NCBI RefSeq assembly: GCF_018350175.1
Contig: NC_058368.1
Location: 89,716,001-89,780,000, forward strand
Reading direction: 5' to 3'
DNA length: 64,000 nucleotides
DNA from: Felis catus
Taxonomy: Eukaryota
The notes beneath the pieces were generated by a model, which was given only the letters and a program-made list of their open reading frames with translations, was not told the DNA's origin and did no database searches. This document shows positions 21,830-33,799 of the stretch, one piece after another (position 1 is the first letter of the stretch; each line of letters starts with the position of its first letter). The translations under genes were made by a program, and so were the position numbers.

Positions 21830-23240
21830 TGAGTGATAAAAAATGGATGAACGGGATACCCACATGCAAAAGAATGCAGATGAATCCCAAAATGTAACTC
21901 AGGGGCACCTGGGTGGCTCAGTCAATTAAGCGTCTGACTTCAACTCAAGTCATGATCTCACAGTTCATGGGTTCAAGCCCCACATCGGGCTCTGTGCTGA
22001 CAGCTCAGAGCCTGGAGCCTGCTTCAGATTCTGTGTCTCTCTTTCTGCCCCTCCCCTGCTCACATTCTGTTTCTCTCACTCTCAAAAATAAATAAACATT
22101 AAAATTTTTTTAATGTAACTCAAAATTGAATTGACCAATAACCTAAATGTAATAGCAAAAACCACAAAACTCTTAGAAGAAAATATAAGGATAAATCTTC
22201 ATGACCAAATCTTGGCTTTGGCAATGAATTTTTAGATATGACAACAAAAGCACAAGCAAGAAAATAAAAAAATAGGTAAATTTGATATCAAATTGAAAAC
22301 TTCTGTGCACCAAAGAACACTATCAAGAAAGTAAAAAAAAAAAAAAAAAAAAAAAACACCACAAACAAAAAAAGAAAGTGAAAAAACCTACAGAATTAGA
22401 GAAAATGTTTGCAGACTGTTTATCTGATAAGGGTCCAGTATGCAGAATATATAAAGAACTCTTACAGCTCACAACAAAAAGACAAAGAGCCCAGTTTAAA
22501 AACGGGCAAAGGACTTGAGTAGAAACTTCTCCAAGGAAGATATGCAAATGTCCATCAGTCATTAGGGAAATGCAAATAAAAACATAATTAAGGTACAATT
22601 TCACACACACTAGGATGGTTATAATAGCAAAACAAAGACCAGAAAACAAGCGTTGGTGAGAATGGAAACATCGGAAACCTCACATAAAACAGTACATCTC
22701 CTATAGAAAACAGTTTTGGAGGTTTCTCAATAGGTTAAACATAGAATAACCATAGGAATCAGGTTTCCATTCCTGGGTATCTACCAGAAGAAGTGAAAAC
22801 AGGTACTCAAATAAATACTTGCATACACATGCTCACAGCAGCACTATTCACAATAACCAAAAAGTGGAAACAGCTCTCATCAGTGGATAAGTGGGCAAGC
22901 AAATTGTGGTATGTCCATACAATAGAATAACTGGCTATAAAAAGGAACGAAGCACCACACAGGCTACAACATGGATGAACCTAAAAATATGCTATGTCAT
23001 ACGTTGTATGATTACATAGATATGAGATACCCAGAATAAGCAAATTCATAGAGACAGGCCATGGACTGAGGGTTTGGCCAGAGCCAGAGAGGGAGCAGGA
23101 ATGGGAAAGGGCTACTTAGTGGGTATGGGGTTTCCTTTCAAGGGGATAAAAATGTCTTGGAACTAGATAGAGGTTACGGTGGCACAACATTGTTCACTTT
23201 GAAATGGTTAATTTTATGTTATATGAGTCTCATCTCAATA
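21830..23240 (+). mobile_element. Old L1 (L1M-type) 3' region with a nested SINE at 21902-22112
   Basis: L1 ORF2/3' UTR motifs such as CTCTTAGAAGAAAATATAAGG, ATTAGGGAAATGCAAAT and GCAGCACTATTCACAATA. Confidence 0.85.
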
Positions 23241-23242
23241 AT

Positions 23243-23455
23243 TTTTTTTTAATTTTTAAATATATTTATTCATTTTTGAGAGAGAGAGCATGAGCAGGGG
23301 AGGGGCAGAGAGAGAGAGGGAGACACAGAATCCGAAGCAGGCTCTAGGCCCTGAGCTGTCAGCATAAAGCCCAACATGGGCTCGAACCCACAGACCGTAA
23401 GATCATAACCTGAGCCAAAGTGTATGCTTAACCAACTAAGCCACCCAGGTGCCCC
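23243..23455 (-). mobile_element. Can-SINE
   Basis: TSD CTCAATAAT. Confidence 0.9.
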
Positions 23456-24006
23456 TCAATAATAATTATTTAAACCTTATTAGACAAACAATAGAACAAT
23501 CATTTCCAGGGTGAGGGGGTGGTAGGTAGAGGGATTGGCAGTGTCAAGGAAGGGAAACCCCACCGTCTGTGCAGACACCACCCCACAAAGGGCTCAGAAT
23601 AGGGAGTCTGGGCAATGGATGGAAACAGGGATAATCCTATGAGCAGAGCAGCTGAAGCCCCAAGTCCTCTACCCCCGCACACACCCCTCCACACACACAC
23701 ACACAGCTGGTGACTACCCAAGCCCCATCCTGGCTGGAGCCTGAAGTTGACCTTGATCCTCTGGGGAAATTGAAGGAAACAAAGGGACACACACAACCCA
23801 GGAGGAGGTGATTCCCTGGATGGAATTCCCAGCATGGGGCAGCCACTGGGACCCCCTCACCCGAATGGAGCAGGAAGACACAGTTCTTGACATGGGTGTG
23901 TCTCTATAAATGTCCCCATCCTGTAGATGACCCCAGTGAAGACATCCATGGGAAGAATCAGCAAGACTAGTAGACAAAACTTAGCAAGTAAAAATACAAG
24001 GCACTC

Positions 24007-24195
24007 AGGGCTCCTGGGTGGCACAGTTAAGCATCCGACTTTGGTTCAGGTCATGATCTCACAGTTCATGAGTTTGAATGCTGTCAGCATAGAGACTATG
24101 TTAGATGCTCTGTCCCCATCTCTCTCTGCCCCTCCCCAACTAGTGTGCGTGCTCTCTCTCTCTCAAAAAAAAGTAAACATTACACAAAAATAAAA
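24007..24195 (+). mobile_element. Can-SINE, internally deleted
   Basis: Head, CT tract and A tail; TSD AAGGCACT. Confidence 0.85.
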
Positions 24196-25510
24196 GGCAC
24201 TTGTGTTTGATATCAGAAAAAATATATACAAAAATGTTAAATGTGACTTCATGCAATACTTTCATTGCTACCTCTTATCTCAGATGCAATGAATATTTGT
24301 GGGGGCACTTGCCCTGGGCACCAGATGCAAAGATGGAAGCCCAGCTGGGAACAGAGTGACTGTGGCTTGGCTCTGGGGATTAAGGTCACAAAAGTTCAGA
24401 TCCCTGGTTCCGTAATTCTGGGTCAACTCTTACAGTCGGTCTTCTCTTGTTGGGCCCTGGTCACTTAGTGCATTTAAAAAAAGTCAGATAAAGCTCAGTG
24501 AAGAGCCATCTGTCCCTGGTGAGGCCAATGTTGGGATTGCAGTTCCATTAGATGGGTTTTGGCCAAGAACTCAGGGAATTTTGCCTTGCTCTGGCCATCC
24601 CTTTGGAACCCCCAAGGGAGCAATGGTGGAGAAGAATAAAACCCCGGAGTCCTTTTGGCCCCAGACCACAGAGGCCTGAAGCTGGGTCAGAGCCCAGAGC
24701 CTAGACTGCAGGGCTGAGGGGCCGCTTCCATGGCCCGTACCTAAGAGAGAGAAGAGCCACAGGGCAGAGAGGACCAGCACTGGCTGAAGCACAGCCACCT
24801 GGACAAAAGAGGAAGAACAGTGGACCCACCAAATGAGCAGGACCATCAGCTGTGAGGGGCCGTGGACCAGCTGGCAGGAGCTGTGGTCACTGGGGCTGTG
24901 GTGCTTGGCTCGGGATCCCACCCCTGCAGGAAACCTGGTCCATCCTTTTCTTTCTTCTGTAAACCCACCCTGACAGCTAAAGGTGTAGGTGACCAGGAGT
25001 GGAGAGCATTGCCACCTCCCGACCCCTGCCATCAATGACAGGGTCACTTTGCATCCTTTGCTTCATGAGGTCAGGACTGCTGTCGGGGTGCGGTCCCAGA
25101 ACTGTGAAATGGGTCGGTAATTAAGTCAGCCCTGAGGACCCACTAACTCAGAATCCTGCCCTGTTCTGTTTCTTATTTGGAATTGTGTTCGGTTGTGCTG
25201 TCCAAGCTCTGTGGACAAGGGGTGCACTGTGACCACCACATGCAGGGCTTGACCAACAAGAGGGCAGCCCCATCTGCATTCCCCACAACCAGATGCCACT
25301 TGGAAGTCATGGCTCAAGTTCACAAGGAACAGAGCCTGACCTTGCCCTTCTCCCTCTCTCCACATTGTCCCCACCCACCCCCAAGACCCCAGTGGGTCTG
25401 GGGTCCTTTCGCTGCCTGAATCTGACAAGTTAGGTGGCCCTGTGACTGCTAAGGCTTCCTTCCAGTCCCAAGCAGGGATGAACCACATCTCCTGTTTATT
25501 TCTTTCTTCG

Positions 25511-25716
25511 ATTTTTTTAATGTTTATTTATTTTTGAGAGAGAGACAGAGTGTAAGTCGGGGAGGGGCACAGAGAGAGGAAGACACAGAATCTGAAGCAG
25601 GCTCCAGGCTCTGAGCTGTCAGCCCAGAACCCGACATGGGGCTTGAACCACAACCTGTGAGATCATGATCTGAGCTGAAGTCGGACGCTTAACCGACTGA
25701 GCCACCCAGGAGCCCC
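25511..25716 (-). mobile_element. Can-SINE
   Basis: Reverse-strand SINEC_Fc motifs. Confidence 0.9.
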
Positions 25717-26699
25717 TACCCTGCTGGATCCTACCCCTACCCCTACCCTGCTGGATCCCACTCTCTTGTTGGGTCTTGTCCTTGCCTCAAGAGCAGGAAC
25801 CCTTTGGAAAAATCCCCCGAAAGTGAATTTTTACAAGTTGGAAATGTATATTCTATTGCAATTAGTTCCACACTGAGAATGATAATGCAAAGCACCCCCA
25901 ATCAAGACAAAGTGTAAGAATTGTGTGAAGACCACATGAATGTTCACACACTGGTCACAGCTACTTAATAAATCCTGTGCTGTCTGCAGGCGGAGGGTGC
26001 AAAGTGCCTGCCGTGGGAGCTCAGGAGTGGCTGGAGACCCGCCAGGCTGCAAAGGTCAAAACCCTCTTGTAACCAAAGTGGGGGGTGGGGGGGGCGGTAT
26101 TCTATGACACTCCGTGAAAACTCAGATCTCCCCACCAATGAGCCTGTGTCATGGGGCTAAATATGTTCTGCTAATCCTCCATTGTCATATTCTGTAGTGA
26201 CAGATGTGTAAGGACTTTTAAAGAAACTCTTAGTATGGAGACTGATGGCAGAGTTGGAAAACTGTCCCAGGTCCTTGTGTTCTCACTGGTAGCTGGCTGT
26301 GGCCTCACCAGGGAGGTGGCCAGGAATGAGGTCTGACCTGGGTGGGCTTGGAGTTTCCTCTCTGCCTCTCCAGGACCAGAAGAGCTAAGAGGACCCCCAC
26401 TGCATGCTATTTCCATGGTCTGGCAGCAGGAGGAAGGACTTGCCCCTTCCTCAACAGGGCCCACAGCAGTGCTGGAGGACCAGGTGGGGTCAGAACAGAG
26501 AGCTCTCTGCAAAGGCAACATCCTGGGTGGGCCTTGTGCGCACAAAGCATAGCCTACATTTCTGCTCTCAATGAAGAGCCCAGCCCTCTGGTCCAGGGGC
26601 CCTGCCAACAGGAAGTCCTTGGGCCCTGGGTGTGTAGCAGGGCATGGGTCTCCCAGGGCCCACCAGGCTGAGGAGGAAGTTGGCTGGAGCTCTACTAGC

Positions 26700-26780
26700 T
26701 GAGCAAACAACACATTTCTCAGGAGGATGAGGTGGGTGAGGCCCCAGCCTGGGAGAGGGGTGAGGACAGGGTATATGAAT
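26700..26780 (+). promoter_or_regulatory. SCGB3A1 proximal promoter: TATA-like box and forkhead-type site
   Basis: TATATGAA at 26772-26779, about 60 nt before the ATG; GCAAACA (reverse TGTTTGC, FOXA consensus) at 26703-26709; GGGTG boxes between them. Confidence 0.55.
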
Positions 26781-26832
26781 CACAGCGAGGCCTGTCTCTG
26801 TTCCCAGGAGCAGCCACTGAGCCCAGTCCACC

Positions 26833-26887
26833 ATGGAGCTCACGGCCACCTTCCTGGTGCTCTGTGTGGCTCTGTTCAGTCATCCTG
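26833..26887 (+). CDS. SCGB3A1: SCGB3A1 exon 1 (signal peptide)
   Basis: Kozak CCACCATGG; MELTATFLVLCVALFSHP resembles the recalled mouse MKLTTTFLVLCVALLSDS; phase-1 donor G|GTGAGT. Confidence 0.93.
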
Positions 26888-27539
26888 GTGAGTGCCTGCA
26901 GGACTTAGTTCCCAGCTCTTCTCTATGGGGCCTTGGCAGAGGCTCTGGTCGGGTCCCCTGTTGCCCCTGCCTTGGGCACCAGGCCACTCCTCTGCTTACC
27001 ACCTCCTGGGCTCTTCGTCCCTCTGGGCAGGATGTCTTGGTCCTTCCTGGGACTTCAAGGTCCTCTGGGGTCTGCCTGCCCCAGCCCTCAGACTTCCTTT
27101 CCTATTCCCACCATTCCTGTTTTCTTCTCTTCACCCAACACCAGGCTGTCCAAGCCTTGGCCAATGCCAGTGCTGGCCCTGGTCAAGGACTACCCATCTG
27201 CTCTCTGCTTCTTCCTTCAAGGCACAGCCCAGGTGTCCCCTCATCTGGGAAGCCTGTCTTGGATCCTACTCAGAGCTTTCTTCACCTCCCTCCACCCTCG
27301 AGCCACCTTGTATGTCCCTCTGTCCAGCTGCTTGCTTGCTGGGCCACAGCGATCTGCTTACATGACTGCCTCTCCCAACCAGCAGAGGACTCCTCAGGGC
27401 TGGGCCTCCCCCAACTCAGACAGGGTAGCTGTCAGTGGGTGGTTAGGGGAGCATGCACAACCTGGAGGAGACAGGCCCTTGGCAGGTCTCCATAGAGGCC
27501 CAGTCCAGACAGAGGGCTCTTCTCTACTTGTGTTTGCAG

Positions 27540-27829
27540 CTGCCACTTTCTTCATGGACACAATGGTCAAGCCTGTGGCCTCAGCTCTGACCGACCTCAA
27601 CCCTGCTGTGGAGGCTGGGGCAGAGGCCCTGGCTGGGGCAGAAGACATAACTGAGACAGCAGCTCTGGCTGGGGCAGGGGCCATGGCCAACCCCCTTCTC
27701 AAAGGCTTCAGCCCCCTGAAGTTCATCCTGACCAGCCTGGGGATCCCAGTGGAACATCTCATTGAGGGTTCCAGGAAGTGTGTGGCCGAGCTGGGCCCTG
27801 AGGCCGTGGGAGCTGTGAAGTCTCTGCTG
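27540..27829 (+). CDS. SCGB3A1: SCGB3A1 exon 2
   Basis: Acceptor TTTGCAG; AATFFMDTMVKPV...PLKFILTSLGIPVEHLIEGSRKCVAELGPEAVGAVKSLL matches the SCGB3A1 core (LGIPVxHLIEGSxKCVAELGP); donor GTAATG. Confidence 0.95.
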
Positions 27830-28153
27830 GTAATGTGGGCACCCTGTGCACCCTCCCTGTGAAGGCAGTCCTCCCCAGCCATCCTCCCAGAGTGGAATGA
27901 TCTGCTCCTCAAAATGCCACAAAGGCATCCCAGCCCCATGTCAGGGAATCCTCGTTGCTGGCCCCCAGAAACAGGATGTCCTTGGGTGGGAACCAAGTTG
28001 ACCACATACGAATGGCAAAGGGGCTGCTGAGGGCCCTTGGGGGTAAGGTATAACCTTGTTGGGGACTCTGTCCAGAGTCACATCTGTGCCCTCAAGTGCC
28101 CAGTGGCAGTGGGATGGAGGAGAGCACACTCAAACTTGGCTTCTCCTTTCCAG

Positions 28154-28177
28154 GGGTCCCTGATGTACCTTGGCTGA
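28154..28177 (+). CDS. SCGB3A1: SCGB3A1 exon 3 coding part
   Basis: Acceptor TTCTCCTTTCCAG; GSLMYLG* (recalled human GALTVFG*); the spliced ORF is 122 aa and in frame. Confidence 0.92.
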   Translation, partial: GSLMYLG

Positions 28178-28282
28178 GCGGAGGCTGTAGTATCTCTGCC
28201 TGGGGACAATGATGCTGCCATCTGTAGGCTGGGGACCTGCTGCCCAGCCCTGAACATCCAGCCTTCCTTCCCCTACTCTCTC

Positions 28283-28288
28283 AATAAA
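28283..28288 (+). terminator. SCGB3A1 polyadenylation signal
   Basis: AATAAA about 105 nt after the stop codon. Confidence 0.85.
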
Positions 28289-29713
28289 CATGGATAAGAG
28301 CAGCTTTGAGGCTGATTTCTTCTTGCCTTGATACCAAAGCCTGTTCCTCCCCCTGCTGTAAGTGATGGTGCTAAAGGGGCCTGCAGGTGGGATGGTCCCT
28401 ATGCCTCAGGAGGTACACCATGCCCCAGATTATGTGAGGGTGCGTGCATGTGTGTGAAAGACACTACTGACATTTGGCAGGTGACTCAGAGCCACCAATT
28501 AAAGGTGATGGGGATTGGGCAAGTATTAGAGTTAGTTAAAATGGATTTTTCCCCCACCTGTTACACTCCACAATTGTTAATGAAGCATGGGAATTATCTA
28601 ATCCTTGGAAATCAGTGAGAACCCTCCAAATCTAGCCATTTGTTGCTAATATTTGAAAGTTTTGTTATCTTCCCTCTGACAGCTTTCTTTCCTGGAATGG
28701 AGCAGGACTAAGGGAAGACTATGTCATGTTTGGTTTTTCTCTAGGTTTCTGGTAATTTATTACTGAAATAATTTAGTGACTTTGGGTCTTTCCATTCTAC
28801 CTGAAGACCCACCATTCCTGGACTGATCCCCAGTGTTGTGGGAAGGTGCCCAGAGCCTGAATATTGATGTCTGTCTTGAGGGAAACTTCCCAGAAAACTC
28901 CTTTTTGATTGATAAATTATAACTCCAGGAAAAATATAATTCTGCTTCATGCTTTCTGGGAAGGGTTCTCCCTGGTTTGACTATCAACCCACCGTGGACA
29001 ATCGAATCCACTTGTACGTATTTTATATGAAAACATGGATCTGGCTTTTTTTCTGTTCCTATTTTGACAAGGACATTCAGGGCTTTAAATGGGGGGGGGG
29101 CGGGGAGTGGCTGTATTTTGACAAGTTTACACACCAACCTAGAAGAGGGGAGGCAGCCACTGGGATCCAGATTAAATTTAAATCTCTAATCAACACCATT
29201 GCCCCCAAGATTCTCAAGGGTTCTGAGTCTTTGTGTAAGGCTCTGGTCTGGACAAAAATGAACCGATAATTAGATGAATCATTATGAATCTCTGGTGAAG
29301 AAAGCAGTGGGGACATGACCTGACCTGAAATGACCACAAGCCAATTTCTGGGGACATTACATATGTTCCTCAATTAATGTGCTAGATTAAATTATTCAAG
29401 GGGATTACTGGAAAACACCATTCTACTACAGGAGCTTTTTGGAACTGACAGGGGGCTTGGGGGTTCAGGAAAGGACCCTGTCCTGAGATGACCCTGCTAC
29501 CTTCCATCTCTGGAGCCTTCCCAGGCAAACACTGGAGGGGAAATCACAAAACTCCCTGGAAGAGGGAGTTCATGAATTACACTTGAAACCCCAAGCCTAA
29601 CAGCAATAGCTAGCTTCCTCCACCCTGCAGATTCCTGGGAAGATACCAACCATAATCCCAGGGAAAGAAGGAATATGGCAGAAGGCTAGATTTCCTTAAA
29701 TATCCTATTTTGT

Positions 29714-29928
29714 GGGGCACCTGGGTGACTCAGTCGGTTAAGTGTCTGACTTTGGCTCAGGTCATGATCTCAATGTTCATGAGTTTGAGCCCCGCATCAG
29801 GCTTGGTGCTGACAGCTCAGAGCCTAGAGCCTGCTTTGGATTCTGTGTCTCCCTCTCTCTCTGCCCTTCCCCCGCTGGCATTCTGTCTCTCTCTCTCTCA
29901 AAAATAAACACTAAAAAATTTTTAAAAA
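29714..29928 (+). mobile_element. Can-SINE
   Basis: Full-length head to A tail. Confidence 0.9.
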
Positions 29929-30086
29929 ATCTTTTGCCCATTTGACTTGGTAACTATATAAATATTTTACATGATTCTAAAAGACCAAATAAAAAATTTT
30001 AAAGCACTCTAAAAATTGAAATTATAAAAAAGAGGAACAAACCTAACTTTATTTCTCATGGTGGTATAATCCCCAAAGAGTATTCC

Positions 30087-30201
30087 AGGGCACCTGGGTG
30101 TCTCAGTCTGTAGAGCATATGACTCTTGATCTCAGGTTCATGAGTTTGAGCCTCACGTTGGGCACATAGATTAGTAAAACATAAATAAATAAATAAATAA
30201 A
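30087..30201 (+). mobile_element. Short Can-SINE
   Basis: tRNA-like head plus (AAAT)n; TSD TATTCCA. Confidence 0.85.
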
Positions 30202-31544
30202 CTATTCCAAGTAACATGAAAATACAGTAATTTAACTCTACATTCAGGGTGGGGGGGGGGGAGTAACACCCCAAGAATGAGAACAGTAAAAACAATCAAG
30301 TTTTTCTTGGTGGTGGTGTTGCTATATTGAGGCTATTATCTGCATATTCTGTGATATGACGAATGATTAATTACCTGAGTGTTATTGAAGAAACTTGAGA
30401 TTTCTGGCAAAGTGGAAAGAAGGTGCTGATATAAGATTATTAAGGTTCAGTAAAAACTTTAGGGCTCAACATGTGAACAGAAAGTGTAATTATAATTACC
30501 TGGTGTGTTTTATCTTCAGAGGAAAAAAAATCTCTTATCTCTGTCCCCTGAAAATTTCTAGAAACTCACAAATAAAGTAGCAATGCGAATCCTCACACCT
30601 GGATTGTGGCCTCTAGACACCATTTCTCACTGAAGGAGCCAGAAGTCTTTGGAGAAATGGCTTGTTCCAGAACCTAGAACATCTTTTCATACCAGAATAG
30701 AAGCAAGCTACTGAAGACGACCAGGATGGTGCCAAAAAGACACAGGGAACAGTCTGAATAAATCTCTCACTGGCCAAAAATGGGGTAATCTGAACGTCAG
30801 TAATGGTAATAAGTGCAATGGATGGCATTAATCAAATGTTTAAACTGTGTGTTTTTGAAACAGAGAGAAAAAAAAAATAGCCTGTTTGGTAACATTTTGA
30901 GGACACAAGAAAATCAGTTCATCATTCTGAAAACCGAAAAATATTTCAAAATACAAAGTTAAGAAAGTTAAGAAAAATTTAAAAGACAACCGAGAAATTA
31001 TGCAAGACACATTAACCGATGAAGGGTAAGCATCCTGTGTACATAAAGAACTGTGAATTAACCAGAAAAGGACAAAGTCCTCAATAGGCATAAAATCATA
31101 AGAGGAACCTGAAATAGCAAAAATATGTCTGTTATTAATAAAGGAAAGATAAACAGAGACACAATGAAATACCATTATACCCACCAGATTGCCAAAAACG
31201 AAGTCGGAGAAAAACAAGCATTGGTAAAGTTGTGGAACAATGGGAAAAATCTCATAAACTTCTGATTGGAGAGTAAGCAGAAACATTGGACAGGAATGAG
31301 CATATCTAGTAAAAATCACATGCATGCCCCCAACACCTAGCAATTCCAACCTTCTAGAGAAGCTAGCACACAGTGGCACCTACCAGAATGTTCAGACCAG
31401 AATGTTTTTAAGGGTTGGGGGAAGGAGAAAGAAAACTAGAAACAACGCAAAGATACCTGCAGAGAAGGGTAGAATTTGGAATATTCATACAATGGCAATA
31501 TCACACTATTACAACTACATGCATTAACATGAGTGAATCTCAAA

Positions 31545-33795
31545 TAATTGAAATCCCATAAAACTCACCCTTTTGAAGTATATAATTCAAAGGCTTTTTA
31601 GACTATTCACAGTATTGTGAAACCATCACTACTATCTAATTTCAGAATATTTTTATCACTCCAAAAAGAAACTCAGTCTTCTTGGAGAATGTCTATTCAA
31701 ATCCTTGACTCATTTAAAAAAAAAAAAACTTTTTTTAATGTTTTTATTTTATTTATGAGAGAGACAGAGAGCGTGTGTGATTGGGGGAGGTGCAGAGAGA
31801 GAGGGAGACACAGAATCCAAAGCAGGCTCCAGGCTCCGAGCTGTCATTACAGAGCCCGACATGGGGCTTGAACCCACAAACTGTGAGATCATGACCTGAG
31901 CTGAAGCCAGACGCTTAACCAACTGAGCCACCCAGGCACCCCTCCTTTACCCATTTTTAAATTGGGTTGTTTTTCCATCATTGAGTTGTAAGAGTTCTTT
32001 ATATATTCTGGAGACCAGACTCATCAGATACATGGCTTATAAATATTTTCTCCCATTCTGTGGGCTGTTGTTCCACATTCTTTTCCTTTGATGCACAGAA
32101 GTTTTTCATTCTGATGAAGTCTAATTATCTGTTTTCCTCCCTTTGGTTGCTTGCACTTTAAGATGTCTTACCTAAGAAACTATTGCTCAACCCAAGGTCA
32201 TGAAGATTTATACCATGTTTTTTCCTAGGGGATTTTATAGTTTTAGCTCTTACATTTAGATTTTTTTTTTTTATTCCTTTTACTTTTTGTACGTGGTGTG
32301 AGAATGAGGTCCAGCTTCATTCTTCTGCTTATGGACACTAATCCTTTCCCTACTTAGGTGTCTTGGCACTTTTGTCACAGATCAATTGACCATAGATGTA
32401 AGAGTTTATTTCTGGCCTCTCAATTCAATTCCATTGATCTATATGCTATCCTTAGGCCAATATCACACTTCTTGATTATTGTAGCTTTGTAATACATTTG
32501 AACTCAGGAAGTTTGAGTCTTCCAACTTTGTTCTTTTTCAATATTGTTTGGCTATTTGGAGTTCCTTGGATTTCCATGAATTTTAAGATCAGCTTGACAA
32601 TTTCTGCAACAAACAAAAAGCCAGCTGTAATTTTGATAGGGACTACACTGAATCTGTGGATCAGTTTGGGGAGCATCACCATTTCAATAGTAGTAAGTGT
32701 TTCAGTCCATGAACATGAAAAGTCTTAACACTTAATTAGGTCTTCTTTCAATGTTTTATAATTTCCAATGTACCAGTCTTCCACTTCTTTCACTAAATTT
32801 CTTCTCAAGCATTTAATTGTTTATTGTTATTGTAATGCAATTGCTTTCTTAATTTTATTTTTGGTTTGTTCATTGCTAGTGAATTGAAATACAATGATTT
32901 TTGTATATTGATCTTGTTTCCATTAACCTTGCTGAATTCATTTATTAGTTCTAATAGGTTTTTGGTATGTGGATTACCTGGAGTTTTCTATATACAAGAA
33001 CATATCATCTACAGATATAGTTTTACTTCTTCCTCTCATTTCCCTGGCTAGAGCATCTGGCATAATGTTGAATAGAAGTGGCAAGAGTAAACATCTTGTC
33101 TTTTTTCTGATCTTAGGGGGAGAGCCTTCACTCTCTCACCATTAAGTAGGTTGTCCATTTTGAGTTCTTTGTAAAAGCGTTTTATCCAGCTGAGGAAGTT
33201 CTCTTTCATTCCTCTTTGATATTCTGTTGTTGTTTTTAAATTAAAGGTTATAGAATTTTTCTGTGCCTAATGAAATGATCCTGTCGTATTGCCCTTTATA
33301 CTACTTGATGAAGTATATTACATTAAGTGTGGATATTAAGCCAACCTTGCATTTTTTAGATGAATCCCATTTGGTCATCAATTTTGCTGATCTTTCCAAT
33401 CAACTTTTGTGTTTGTTGATCTATTTTCTATTCTCTATTTCATTATTTTCTGTTCCAGTCCTTATTATGACCTTTCTTCCGATTTTTTCCTTTGGCCCAT
33501 TGGTATTTAGGAGTGTACTTTAAACTTCCACATATTTTCAACTTTCCCAACTTTCTTTCTAGTTTCACTTCATTATGATCAGGGGACATACTTTGTACAA
33601 TTTCAATTAAGCTTATTGACTTGTCTTATGGCATCACCTATGGTCTACTGGAGAATGTTCCATGTGTGGACTTGAGGAGAATGCGCATTGATACAGTTAG
33701 GTAAAGTGTTCTATACATGTCTGTTAGGTCTACTTGTTTTATAGTGTTGTTCATGTATGCTATTTCCTTGTTGATCTTCTGCCTAGTTGTTCTTG
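31545..33795 (-). mobile_element. Old L1 fragments with a nested SINE at 31730-31942
   Basis: ORF 32476..32682 (LPKLIHRFSVVPIKI...ILKKNKVGRLKLPEFK) is L1 ORF2. Confidence 0.88.
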
Positions 33796-33799
33796 AAAA

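Noticed and set aside
26933..27862. 309-aa ORF (and overlapping 220-aa and 203-aa ORFs) as novel proteins
   Set aside because: These are intron 1 read-through into SCGB3A1 exon 2 or its antisense; canonical splice sites give the real 122-aa product.
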